Notes under the pieces: model-generated
Database searches by the model: none
The model's input: the letters and a program-made list of their open reading frames with translations, nothing else
Told to the model about the DNA's origin: nothing
Virus record (IMG/VR): IMGVR_UViG_3300031957_001682
Coordinates: 1-64,000 of that record
Strand: one strand, 5' to 3'
DNA length: 64,000 nucleotides
Source: a virus
Shown here: piece after piece, positions 23,501 to 30,615 of the stretch
Numbering within the stretch: position 1 is the first letter of the stretch
Layout: the number at the start of each line of letters is the position of its first letter
Made by a program: the position numbers and the translations under genes

Positions 23501-26500
23501 CCCTTACTGTTGTCCAACCATGTACAGAAATTGCGACCACTGGCTCCGGGTACGGTGGAGTGAATAACAATTGAGTGTCCTGTGTTTCCATCAAGGTCTT
23601 CAACAACACGCCCCAAGTGTGCCCGCAAGTACCCCATGTGACTACCACGGTTTTGTGTATCAAGTGCTTCATCAGCAAACCACCACGGTGCAGGGTCAAA
23701 TATCGAACCCGTATCGGAATCCTTTGCACCGGTAGTAAGTGCATTCTTGGCTCCACCTTGATTGATAAGACGAACAATTTCTCTTGCGGCGGCTTCAATA
23801 TCAGTGACACCTTCTTTGATACCTACTTCACCACAGTCGATGGTAAGACGGCGCACGAAATCCATATTGGTCCAATGCTCAAGATGTTGCAATCGACTTT
23901 CTTCATGGTCTGCAAGTGTAAGTGCTTGTGAGCGAATACCCTTCAAGCAAAGGAAGGCGGAAATGGCTCGTGTACCATCCGGTGTGTCCATCATTGTACT
24001 GGCATCACGAAGCGAAAATGTATCGGGGTTGTTAATGAATCTTGATTTCTTCAAAGCACCAGCAAGTGTTTGTGTAGCACCAAGTGTTTTTCTCGATAAG
24101 GCATGTAAATGGTTAGCCCAGTAAGGCGAGGCTACGGCTGGTTGAACACGAGGTAAGGTACTGTCTGCAATGGTGAATGAATCACTTGTCCCTTCATTCA
24201 TAAGACCGGTATGAACATAATGCCCGTGACCTTTACCCATGAAATACGAATTGTTTGTCGTAATGAAGGTCAATGTTTGATTTGAATTGGTTGCCGTAGT
24301 GTCCTTATCAAGATACAACAAACTTGCATTGGTATCTATTTCAATAATTTTAGAACCACTCGCTATACCCGTTCCGCTTACAGTCATACCGACTGTAAAC
24401 TTATCCATTTTTGTATAACCACCGTTAGGTCGTATAATTTTATGATTACCAGCGAATAAATGAGAATTTGGTGTAAAAGTAATGGTTTGATTATTATTTG
24501 TAGCAGTTGTATCTTTATCCACTCTAAACAAAGTCCCGCTGTCAATTTGAGTAATAACTGAACCGCTTGCTACACCTGTACCACTTACACCCATACCTAC
24601 TCTTAGTAAAGAAGTTGAATCCATTTTGAGGATTTTTGCATTACCACCACCAAATGTCGAAGCCGAAGGCGAACTATTGTTATGGTTTGTATCAACAGTA
24701 GCATCTGTAAATACACTGGTAGGGGCATTATGGTCTGTATCGCATCCCAAAGTAAACGAGTTTCCTATCAGTGCTAATTTTGTTTTACCTTCTCCGGGTA
24801 TGGCATAAGAATCATGAGTCAAGAAATTACTAATCGGGTTTTCACCGCCAGCATTGGTACTCATCACATCCTCGGATGTATTACCGGCTATGTTATGCAC
24901 ATACGCACTTTCAATAAACTTGGATTGCTGGTTCCTACGCATGTATGGGTTTTCACTTGGGAAACCATTTGCTACATCTATTTGAGTAGTAAAGTAGTGT
25001 GGCGCACCACCGTTTTGTTGTATTAAGTATCGGTCAAGGTCAACAATACCATCTTTGGTGATAATGTGCCGACCAAATCCGATGTGTGGTGTAGCGGCAC
25101 TGGATTGAACCTGCATGTGCAAATCGTGGAATGCAATGAACTCACGGTCGTGCGCTACATCGAACATCAATACTCGTGCATGTCCTTTCTTAGCAAGGTA
25201 TGGGTCGAGGTAAGCAACAGTGGGTGCTTGAGATGATGATAGTCCCATTGATTCGTAGTTCAACTCAATAGTTTTGTTTACATGTTGAACAAAGTTGTTT
25301 GCAGTTTCAAGACACGAATTACCAATCAAGAAGTTTTCAATTGGTATAGAATCACGAGGGCGGTTAGCCAAAGCACCTTGCCCGCCGTTGAATCCGGTCC
25401 AAACTTGACCTTCGTTAAGCACACCACGGGACTTAGCAAACAACCCCTCGACAGCATGGGGATTGTTCATTGTCATGTTCATCCATACAGTGTCACCATT
25501 GCGTAAGCCACCTTGAGCATACGGGTACAACCAACTGCGATTGAGTACAGCATCGGGGTCATTTTCAGTGACAGTTCCGATACTCAATAGCAACGGGTCA
25601 CCACTTGCAATAGTGGTTGAATTGCCACCATAAACTCCGGTGACAGTACCACTACTCGAAGCATTAGCACTCATTACAAAAGTAGTTGCGTTGGTGATAC
25701 TAAGCACTGTTGTTGCCGCTGGTATTCTTGTTGCTCCATCACTTACAGACATACCTACACGAATGTTAGTTGTATCAGCCACAGTTGCAGTAGGTGAACC
25801 ACTTGATACTACAGTGGATAATGAAAAGGTATCAAGTGTAATTACTGTGTTTGTGGCGTGTCCACTACCAGCAAGGGGTGATTCACTGAAAGCGACCTTT
25901 CCTACATACTTAATGTTGCTATTGTCACTTACATCTTCCATGAAGATTTCATCACCCGGTCGGAGATTGATACCTACGGTGTTAGCCTGTGGCATAAGAG
26001 TAGCAGTTGCGGGTGCTAAAGAAAGAGTGGTAGCCCCTACCGCACCCGCCGCTGTAAATGTCCATTGCTCACCACCCACTGATGGTTTGAAAGTAGTCAT
26101 TATATTTTCAAAGGGGTCGGCGTAAAAAGGGTCTGTGAGTGTGTACAAAGCCCGACATGCTTTTTTCAGTCGTATTGTTTTACCTTTCATGTTTGTTGTT
26201 GAAAAACTCAAAGGGGCCATACAAACAAATTGATTTTGTGTTTCACTCGCAGTTGTGATATTTCCAAGATAAATCATTTCAATCGGTGTATCGGCAAGAA
26301 CTTCAATTACAAATACCATATCACCCTTACCAGCAAGAGGGTTATTTGAATCACTTGTATATCCCCCTTGTTTAGAAAATTGAATTTCGGGGAATACAGA
26401 CGCATCTTCAACCGTAAAATAATAAAATCCTCTATTACCAGCCGAACCATCACGGTCAGTCACTTTGTTCACTTCTAAGATAGTCGAAGATGCAGTTTTT

Positions 26501-29500
26501 GATTGAATACGAGGGGCGTGGGGATTGGTAAGTGGTCCTTCTTTGAACTCAACTGCACTCACATATTGCCGCAATCCGTAATCAAGATTGCCACCTTGAG
26601 TTTGCATGTTTGCGTTATCGTAGTAGTAAGGTGAGCGACCTTCATAATCGGATGATGGTGTAGTCACATCCGAAGCAATAGGAACGAGTGTTTCGTTTCG
26701 ATAACCACCGGCTACATAGACTAAAGCACCCACAGTAGCATCGGTAAAGAAATCATCCGAAAAACCACCAGTAAACCCACCGGATGCGGTAGTGGGTATT
26801 CGTAAATATCCAGCACCAGCCACAGTAGGGTCATTGATGTATATTGCCCATTGGTTATTCGACAAGAAAACACGACGATAGCGTGTCACATCTTTCATGT
26901 TTCGATGAGCGTTAGCAGTAGTAGTACCTTCGGCAGTTGGGAATATCTTCGGATGAGATACATACACATCAGTATGATTTGTACTCACTTTAATTTGAGT
27001 GATGGTGGCTGATGAAATATGTGCGTCGGTATTTGCATTAAATCCATACGCTGAATGAGCATTACGGTCGCTTACAGCAATATCGTTTGCACGACGACCT
27101 ACAGGGGTGGGGTTCCATGAATGGGCTGTGTAAGTAGCATCAAGGTGAATTTTCATGCTGTTATCGGGACCGGGAAATACGCTGTCCGGTGCGTGGTCAA
27201 AGAATTGCTTAGGGAAAAGTGGGATTTCGACCATTGCACGAGTGCTGGCATACTGTGTACCAAGTTGATAATCGTGATTTACTGTGTCCATACTTTGGAA
27301 CAATCGGTCATTGACTGTGCTACCGTCTTCGCAAAGGTTGTCATCATTGAAATCCGGGTCATTGTATATTTTCACACTTATTTCATACTCATTTTCTGTG
27401 GCATTTGCAAGAATACCAGTAGCGTTTAGCCACTCATGGAATGTTGCATACGCTACACCTTCTGCATCTAAAAACGACCTTTGCTGTAAAATACCCGGTC
27501 CACCGCTTGTATCAACAGTGAAATTAAATCCAGCACCAGTTTTTGAACTGTAGGCGGCACTTGCGCCGTCTGCGAGATAAATACGACCTATCTTTGGAAA
27601 ACAATATGTACCCCATGAGGCCAAATCAGTTGATTGGTTATTGAGTGGCTGAACGGACATGTAAATCCTATCGGTATCAGTATTCACCTTTACGGCTTGT
27701 ACAGCGCAGTTGCGGCGGGTTGAACCCGGTAAGCGCATCAGTAGGCTGGGGTCATTGGTAGGCTTGGTGTTGACAGCACCCTGTCCCGGTCCACCAAGCG
27801 TGACAGTGACGACAGGAGCGTTAGGCTCAATCTCTTTGACGATGTGCGAATCGGGTGAGCCGCTACCGGTGATGTTGACATTTTGATTGGCGAGTCCTTC
27901 CGCAATACCGGTCGCCGTGATTGTGATGATTTTAGTGTTGTCTTCGGGGTTTTCATCTTCCTTAATTGAGCGAATGCGTGTACGACTCATCAAGAACAAC
28001 AGCGATGCAATGCTGGGTGAGTCGCCTTCGGTAAGGTTTGTACGCATCTTTGACAGTTGATTTATTCTTGTTCTGTCCGATGGTTGTACATAAATTACCA
28101 TTGAAGTTTCGTGTGTATCTTCAAGAACATTGTCAATAATGTCAAACATTTCAAAGGTATTGCTTGCATCGCTTGTGGAGCCTTCGTCAAAAACACCAGT
28201 ACCAGTATTAGTGACAGCGGCCCCTTTGACAAATTGTATGCCTGTATCGGTGGTGTTCCTTACAGTATCACTGGATGCTGGCTCAATGCATAATTTGTGA
28301 TATGCTGAATCATGTATGCCATTGTTGTGCGAAGCAGTAAGATATTGAGGGGCTGTATTACCTTGTGCCGTGGCATCGTTAGGTGGTGTGTAGTTGACAG
28401 GACATAGACTAAAATCAACTTCACTGTCAAGTTCATATCCACCAGTGTTGTCACCAACTAAGGAGTGAGATTCTTCTAAATGAACCGACCCTGCAATTTG
28501 ACCTAAGCCCAAGAACAACACTCCGCCCGGTGAGAAAAGAGTGGTATCTTTTGATGCATCAGCCAAATCTGCTTCGATAACATCCAGTACCGTAGTTGAA
28601 CCTGTGAGTACAAAATTACCACTCGGTACAGTCTTTTCAATCATCAAGCAAGGTGTTGTTTTACCCATACTTGCACCAGTCAAGTCAATGGCGTTGTAAT
28701 GAATTTCAACATACGGTGCAAGATTGTGGGTGCTTTGAAGAGTAGGAACTTTGAGCAGTGCGATGCGACTTACGCTTTCCGGTCGCAAGTGATACAAGCG
28801 AGCGTCGTCATCTATGTCACCATACTCCGGTACTGGTCCTTTCATCATAAAAGGGCGATAATCAAAGTTAGTTCCACCAATAGCGATTGCTTGTTCCTTG
28901 CTTGCTGGTAGTCCATTGGTGACTACGAAATCAACGGCAGATGAATTATTAAACTTAGCAACATCGACTTGTGTACTTTCTTCATAAAAATCGGATAGTG
29001 CGTTCATGGCAAAAAGTCCCGCTATTCCCTTTCCTGTGTTTTCATACACCATTTCAACAATATCTGCTGAACCATCCATCTTTTGGTCAATAGCGAGATA
29101 CGATGGTGTTGGATAACGACGCATGTACTCGTGGCCGTTGATGTGTGAGAACTTGTGCCGCCCACTGTGACCCACTTGGTAAAGAGTGTCGAGTGTAGCG
29201 GGCCAAGTGACAGCAAACGGATTGTTTGGTGAGTTGTCCGTTGTAGCCATTTGTGTTGAATACACCAAGCCATGTTGAGCAAAATCACTCTCATCAAGCA
29301 CCATTTGACCTGTTTTATCAAAGATTTGGCTACCGTAGTGTGGGGGTTGATACGGCCTACCTGTGCCATTGTCAATCAACAAATCAGCATTTACAATGAC
29401 AAAATAGTTGTCAACATTTGCAGTACGAGAATGAAGAAGACCACGCTTACCACCAGTGCCGAGGATAAAATCAATGTGAATACTGCTTACAGTAATTACC

Positions 29501-30606
29501 CCTGTCGAGCCATTTATTGACTCTATTCTTGCTCTTTCCGGCGGAGATGCGTTTGGTTTTTCCGTATTCCGGTTAATCGCACCGGGGTTAATGAGAAGAT
29601 TATAAGGAGTATGTGGTATAGCAAGTGTGGCTTCTGTGCCGGGAGTGGTGACAAAATCAGTCACCTTGTAGTTCCCCATGCTGTATGGTGTGGCTGTGAA
29701 TGTAGTAGTGACACTGGTGCTGTCATACGGCTTACCAGTCAAGCGAGCGATAAGGGCTTGAGCATCAGTGGCGGCTACGGTGATTGTAGTTGTCGTACCA
29801 TCAGCGGCTACAGTAAACGCATTGAACTCGTATGACTCACTCACAATATCAAGTGGTTCTTCAAAGCGATACATACCAGTTGTTGTATCACCGTTGACAG
29901 GCACAGTGCTATCAATCATTCCCGAATCAAAATCACTGTTAAAGTGAAGTGCTTCGATAGCACCACGGAACTCTCCACCCTTTCCACCAACATACACATG
30001 CGCTGTTGAATTAACAATACTGGAATCCTTTTCAATAATCTCGCTTGCTACCCTATTACCATTGACATACAATGATACTGAACGCTGTGAAACAGCGGCA
30101 ACAACATGATACAAACCTCGATGCTTGAAGTTAAGATTGGTAGCATCGTTGTACAAGTTGGGTTCTGTGGTAGGTGGATTACCCGTTAAAAAGCGGTTGT
30201 AGGTGTCGTGTATGCCCCCAACTTCTTGTGGGGGGTACACTACCCCCTCCCACCGGGTGGAGGTCAATTTAGCGGTGCTTAGGACTACTTTTTGCGTACC
30301 GCTTGGGGTTTGAATGAAAACAGTAAATTTGGCTGGACCGGGCGTATCGACTGTACCAAACTCAAGTGTAAACTGGTCATCACGATGAGCAATCACGCCA
30401 CCGCAATCGGGAACAACCCAAGCCTCGATAGCAAATTGGTCATCGACTAAAGAATTGATAACAGTGATTTCATCACTACCACTGCCGGTTTTACCGAGAA
30501 TATCTCGTGCTGGACCAACGCTTGTAAAATTACCTTGAGGTAGCAGAATAGAATCACTAACACCATCAAAAAAGAAAGCGTTGCTTGTTCTTCCAATTCC
30601 AACCAT
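11527..30606 (-). CDS. giant 6359-aa virion/tail protein with N- and C-terminal LamG (concanavalin-like) domains and inserted beta modules
   Basis: Uninterrupted 19-kb ORF; N-terminal FDG..FAIEAWV..YHVVA..LYVNG..FRGAI; C-terminal LWLKAD..LRFDG..GEIAEIIQFNRALS; GAGGTGA SD; downstream of tape measure. Confidence 0.8.
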   Translation of the reverse strand: MVGIGRTSNAFFFDGVSDSILLPQGNFTSVGPARDILGKTGSGSDEITVINSLVDDQFAIEAWVVPDCGGVIAHRDDQFTLEFGTVDTPGPAKFTVFIQTPSGTQKVVLSTAKLTSTRWEGVVYPPQEVGGIHDTYNRFLTGNPPTTEPNLYNDATNLNFKHRGLYHVVAAVSQRSVSLYVNGNRVASEIIEKDSSIVNSTAHVYVGGKGGEFRGAIEALHFNSDFDSGMIDSTVPVNGDTTTGMYRFEEPLDIVSESYEFNAFTVAADGTTTTITVAATDAQALIARLTGKPYDSTSVTTTFTATPYSMGNYKVTDFVTTPGTEATLAIPHTPYNLLINPGAINRNTEKPNASPPERARIESINGSTGVITVSSIHIDFILGTGGKRGLLHSRTANVDNYFVIVNADLLIDNGTGRPYQPPHYGSQIFDKTGQMVLDESDFAQHGLVYSTQMATTDNSPNNPFAVTWPATLDTLYQVGHSGRHKFSHINGHEYMRRYPTPSYLAIDQKMDGSADIVEMVYENTGKGIAGLFAMNALSDFYEESTQVDVAKFNNSSAVDFVVTNGLPASKEQAIAIGGTNFDYRPFMMKGPVPEYGDIDDDARLYHLRPESVSRIALLKVPTLQSTHNLAPYVEIHYNAIDLTGASMGKTTPCLMIEKTVPSGNFVLTGSTTVLDVIEADLADASKDTTLFSPGGVLFLGLGQIAGSVHLEESHSLVGDNTGGYELDSEVDFSLCPVNYTPPNDATAQGNTAPQYLTASHNNGIHDSAYHKLCIEPASSDTVRNTTDTGIQFVKGAAVTNTGTGVFDEGSTSDASNTFEMFDIIDNVLEDTHETSMVIYVQPSDRTRINQLSKMRTNLTEGDSPSIASLLFLMSRTRIRSIKEDENPEDNTKIITITATGIAEGLANQNVNITGSGSPDSHIVKEIEPNAPVVTVTLGGPGQGAVNTKPTNDPSLLMRLPGSTRRNCAVQAVKVNTDTDRIYMSVQPLNNQSTDLASWGTYCFPKIGRIYLADGASAAYSSKTGAGFNFTVDTSGGPGILQQRSFLDAEGVAYATFHEWLNATGILANATENEYEISVKIYNDPDFNDDNLCEDGSTVNDRLFQSMDTVNHDYQLGTQYASTRAMVEIPLFPKQFFDHAPDSVFPGPDNSMKIHLDATYTAHSWNPTPVGRRANDIAVSDRNAHSAYGFNANTDAHISSATITQIKVSTNHTDVYVSHPKIFPTAEGTTTANAHRNMKDVTRYRRVFLSNNQWAIYINDPTVAGAGYLRIPTTASGGFTGGFSDDFFTDATVGALVYVAGGYRNETLVPIASDVTTPSSDYEGRSPYYYDNANMQTQGGNLDYGLRQYVSAVEFKEGPLTNPHAPRIQSKTASSTILEVNKVTDRDGSAGNRGFYYFTVEDASVFPEIQFSKQGGYTSDSNNPLAGKGDMVFVIEVLADTPIEMIYLGNITTASETQNQFVCMAPLSFSTTNMKGKTIRLKKACRALYTLTDPFYADPFENIMTTFKPSVGGEQWTFTAAGAVGATTLSLAPATATLMPQANTVGINLRPGDEIFMEDVSDNSNIKYVGKVAFSESPLAGSGHATNTVITLDTFSLSTVVSSGSPTATVADTTNIRVGMSVSDGATRIPAATTVLSITNATTFVMSANASSSGTVTGVYGGNSTTIASGDPLLLSIGTVTENDPDAVLNRSWLYPYAQGGLRNGDTVWMNMTMNNPHAVEGLFAKSRGVLNEGQVWTGFNGGQGALANRPRDSIPIENFLIGNSCLETANNFVQHVNKTIELNYESMGLSSSQAPTVAYLDPYLAKKGHARVLMFDVAHDREFIAFHDLHMQVQSSAATPHIGFGRHIITKDGIVDLDRYLIQQNGGAPHYFTTQIDVANGFPSENPYMRRNQQSKFIESAYVHNIAGNTSEDVMSTNAGGENPISNFLTHDSYAIPGEGKTKLALIGNSFTLGCDTDHNAPTSVFTDATVDTNHNNSSPSASTFGGGNAKILKMDSTSLLRVGMGVSGTGVASGSVITQIDSGTLFRVDKDTTATNNNQTITFTPNSHLFAGNHKIIRPNGGYTKMDKFTVGMTVSGTGIASGSKIIEIDTNASLLYLDKDTTATNSNQTLTFITTNNSYFMGKGHGHYVHTGLMNEGTSDSFTIADSTLPRVQPAVASPYWANHLHALSRKTLGATQTLAGALKKSRFINNPDTFSLRDASTMMDTPDGTRAISAFLCLKGIRSQALTLADHEESRLQHLEHWTNMDFVRRLTIDCGEVGIKEGVTDIEAAAREIVRLINQGGAKNALTTGAKDSDTGSIFDPAPWWFADEALDTQNRGSHMGYLRAHLGRVVEDLDGNTGHSIVIHSTVPGASGRNFCTWLDNSKGQSQYKPQFLVGHGGRFRNFWCQPDETTGENMHPAPMPINKHGRPFAPITTLREYVTQEDADDNFLSNGDFATRKSNLSNNQKRSISAFNGSGMIANTINDESFESQSPSKTLVEGLRTGTQAFGRVNFGGMVASGIPGFAPDAGVWGLGSRSDAGLFDTRYSDAITTGDADTSSIPNYSGYVTDSQVDNVGDSQLYGFQFEDHRGNTYGVRFIYRRMGDNFSNDNTALPPTLDNEICVYFDDRDVGQGGLTIGNHMLGFGDATGRIDTTGVLTEASYRGNRWNGVPAPSVGIDASITLTSSQLTVVLHPPFDTGTVGDGVVGNHPDVLGYLGFPKTNGLIQINDPFTGTTAPGAVGNTFSYTHRSQNDNDGTHIFYGVSGDGFTSSHYVANTAEGTEIHDVATVQPHASNNSMRVLLSPRINWTTLVTDELMAAVTAAAINHTSPSSTLNFDCRGMYAADGRTFGQWGVAGDAIKIRAHNPFRNTKPLANMFEATLHKDWGIHAAHLEYGEYTTLKPTTAGWAITSTDAINKPYSDNELDANRRMDVGYLPYTVLQLRSKGRGYNANTATPVLVDSANTPVSVNSWRRNLKGEDYTSINGDHILPCLNNPILLFESYTHSGNVFLSKTNKIAHVMIPAGQEADALGDADDADTHAKAPSFGEIMTFRYPTATGIGVAGLESIKGATSHTSLTNPYGDGHSFWKTHFYQDITDDFVLTRFSLTNFANIEFEAICGYRSHGSVDSEPIIYFRGARDSIDHSIPLYFGGGFSGVTLDINDGTQNDYSSFYTHPYSGGPTGTAGIQNANEISGSFAMVDCNALLAFFPGTALLNQHRGSINSPVSNKNSILSPDLRGGNLDDNFALLNAAAAGDVRARYSAGIVRQQPVPLVLRFAHPTARYHDSQPIVDATCDYNNDPTITMDSTAQLVVGMTVTGTGIPDGATVASITNATTFELSVATTGGSVSNGTLTFNYIENKTTYLVYGPGQAFPFTEDDNSNAAVEPHPGYVVTTGNTWSKVPHSKYLPNEITNSDNLYGPPDSAYQTARNRYHWRTTLNWSPPQGIPNVGYLQQRPEHGSHYGEVFTNPTSGKITSDNKGDYWKAHPYKHSATAYYGIAMSADMTFHMDGGYHPGGSWLDNQVSFNPPNPNSNYRYALEAWNQVNATAYRVSGVMGKAILEGANSETALNFDTDYIVVDGTRCQNGEELATIIGQAINENPGKGALKAMGGTFLPSMGNASRQDRYGWVEMTFEAYTNAASTGPTVNADTLIGNLYAGTLGTAINSRNYIQASISGATQEELEQLPMSGWVRTPTGGRDHTVGGGHSDPSYHAGPTWGCYHSREVFSDSGTFKVRFYLAPNRISGLPLLEDRTTWHNKCQGATLTYPSPGHVIDPNPPSQPEPIEYPLPSQLYVWSKAGVHRFNNENETPRSHMTQAHFGGLVDAIDRTRPVGAVGWAGERYSYLNSLKVDTSAFTDATCDYNNDPTIAMDSTAKLKVGMLVSGTGIPTGAYVRSITSSTGFELSASTTGGSVTNGTLTFTTNLYAAGKGAWHPKMGFTPYGSSASCMSTLGHLPSSYPMYNSPESSPRVNGQEASNTSYDVALTTPYTWNIGLAGNASWYTNYDFTDVESAKDIFSAKPAHMREIDTDTNFVLNPKLHHQQGVFSRAMLVISNESELALVAKTDRDGIKSTGDWLSVVSKTRAGVAAATAITFAGTTRWDERFHNAERYIAPANAGPNVEALIATGTATPTADVPNGAYVLHTALTGDQDTNLFNAEPCFAETGDLFFDTDISPGSVQLEVATDVLRNITKELTIASADAEIDNYDYTETTVDGVTGPEFWLGDTNGYKLAQRTPAKNFSVEHVVWKRMDGGNLSLPASNARGLGAVPFVTRVAGGNAYTTGEKLYGNNRFTFESTNSAMFPIIQAQELSHPQLAARHPDLLRNILEIPNEEIQFESITVIDDTGQEHKIEGGSPFGTIIRTFTQLSDRGAQGLAPAVSGSGISPNLKIRLPDPDSIPGNLVIRSGFDRLQAYQTESMGTGGMMTKSTVEHLFNTDSVSPNLGPTYSDHNWEHLKQGIDSPESTMSGWQSSTGNAPLETAYELHDRTLYFHVTKMGNTNTHKHPVIYSHADGVVNHELTGVSFSGTTLTVNTTVNSAVYDSTFGNKERVGERRFLRLYNPTTDEGGVASFTGISGSTFTGCVGDETFNKLVLSSITALKVVPSYYIPAGSTRFYGSRRIRDHAEVSGNSPDMAHTHYVNYSVTAEEAMTGYSIYSKPQLTPAPIPRMGHHFVNATMAMLPGHWAHPAYQGLYDKHRACRSATLQSREFEILKESYDMDDLITSTPDQFPTYDPLLVFGSLTATPSGPSDIHGGGFSLMFETKLRNDGYGVLASEGQAGVVNAAGGHTIVLEAAGTYTLKEHFPDPAEVGAYQIIIQPNMHSSQFIGYHENGPANDIPNQSVNELTSQQVALVVGIREPDATTGAYSLVLANATMADVRGCEVFINELMIDHDPDHGSHFTNIPPLMLYNPLGVQSTESPAFVRRSLPYTTGIFADASPGYTINIPWWSIVHKVGPDDADGSRFNHLSLHRLDNYYEFLRANAGSVAAQITLAGYPSNYPDLYSEILENISLTPVCTFVSLTSSTVIKVDDARGFPKQPYYGMLLEYTDATGTRRTHSYTERSGYDSSNMNKPLQFTIVANSDFTSNLTVGTKIRLTRAYDFRPANTILSETETSVLAHSIDNLITGTRDTNSLHMADAFLCLWHPNLGRPHTFYSDASRTWLNPLTDRAINQKPLNSMPEHFETVHYHDATYYASMGPFALRMKTAMPPTEAQSTYYTATSASVSSTTVTATGTIMAGWPTSGTNTVYVNSGSEEEIFTYTGGGAGGTTLTGCVNVKGTPLTTMASGNHSLRYYKTADLAADGSHTRQVVSQTADHTITTNGGEGIGDGAYIFVDGHMYQVNGTVAEGGTNIVVFDILPPQITVGSVIYTGADGTPQTAQTIDTTIGTGLMQGGQSDSSDTATKSMLNHFWPSGSRGGPLVSRLDGYAYVSSSWEYPRDYGFDGPIWTDGDYDADNSDYAPSSGISKSSYDGISNPTRPRPFGYRFGLRQPYNKPQWSMYGLRALRETAITATNASVAYKHGPFVQEETQTWTYAGGNGSSNPTFPNTYTGIMERQTNFSGMLGVDKPEWQVRYSDGVRFTRPFGCPVRTLRNSATVLRDWWGDGNGKGLDSIESAAKYYLVDWWGNTRGEDVRRFPVRSFGIRPSWDAGDAYEYDRRNNRTPYQRIHNNGKHLVNLKGLTNAADSALDISATVPRFGGRLNNTNSSDSTTLVDVFMPSNAQRVGDMGNGRGIRYPTQFNEDVLTALSEPIHTTGLVLSHHTAEPILNDGFIRARNDTLQADEVPRGISSRLEIAEDGLLKPEAVVSDRMENIVGDSPHKDAISRSSPRIGLDTENLQGVDTNQIIINTEAHSLHTDRNVGQRVVLQGGMQTGSQTIGNYDLTALDFGGQPQGGVLRMSHTSNFNPLGGTYLAETRNYLSPIDDTEWGGIPTSGMVLWLKADSLDLTDGESVSTWADTSGNNRNFTQSTSSKKPTYIASESDFNNMPVLRFDGGDKLELAFDANLNTNQFTIFFVGAVNSDNNANQLGYESRSASPVTRSGYNLYADMTGSNNQWEYWAGADTTWKALKSATGSITLNTPDIITMQISGGDGAGASATQLLRVDGTQIGTQSANFYKSTADAQNIGTLNTSSAPYVGEIAEIIQFNRALSTTELQQVEGYLAEKYGITAASAWKSSNPYQTDTNGHVRTNVTDKKVTYMMRPVRLLDKQHAEMFRSNLNLHSSAPQYGSNYFGATAGGKYGLYVYDVDNGKASVGSYIRATNPDTNPPYTPAYYMDISASDTVPMSQGPKIIGTGDSGFDSSKIDNEVTRVIISENTLEHYRADASRRRTSVESDESVVRKDFTVQPRFSQSLHPKGHKGDVDYNSTDHTGDGA
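18895..19092 (-). repeat. ~65-aa beta module copy (FTDATCDYNNDPT..GM.VSGTGIP..NGTLTF)
   Basis: Closely similar in translation to 20593-20784. Confidence 0.85.
20593..20784 (-). repeat. ~65-aa beta module copy (DATCDYNNDPT..GMTVTGTGIP..NGTLTF)
   Basis: Closely similar in translation to 18895-19092. Confidence 0.85.
24265..24756 (-). repeat. two beta module copies, one (24475-24711) nested inside the other
   Basis: Two module starts (FTLGCDTDHN, FTDATVDTNHN) followed by two module ends (DKDTTATNNNQTITF, DKDTTATNSNQTLTF). Confidence 0.7.
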
Positions 30607-30615
30607 AAACTCACC

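Noticed and set aside
11692-29835. Many 60-170 aa antisense or alternate-frame ORFs inside the giant gene and other long genes
   Set aside because: Shadow ORFs expected from codon bias; no recognisable motifs
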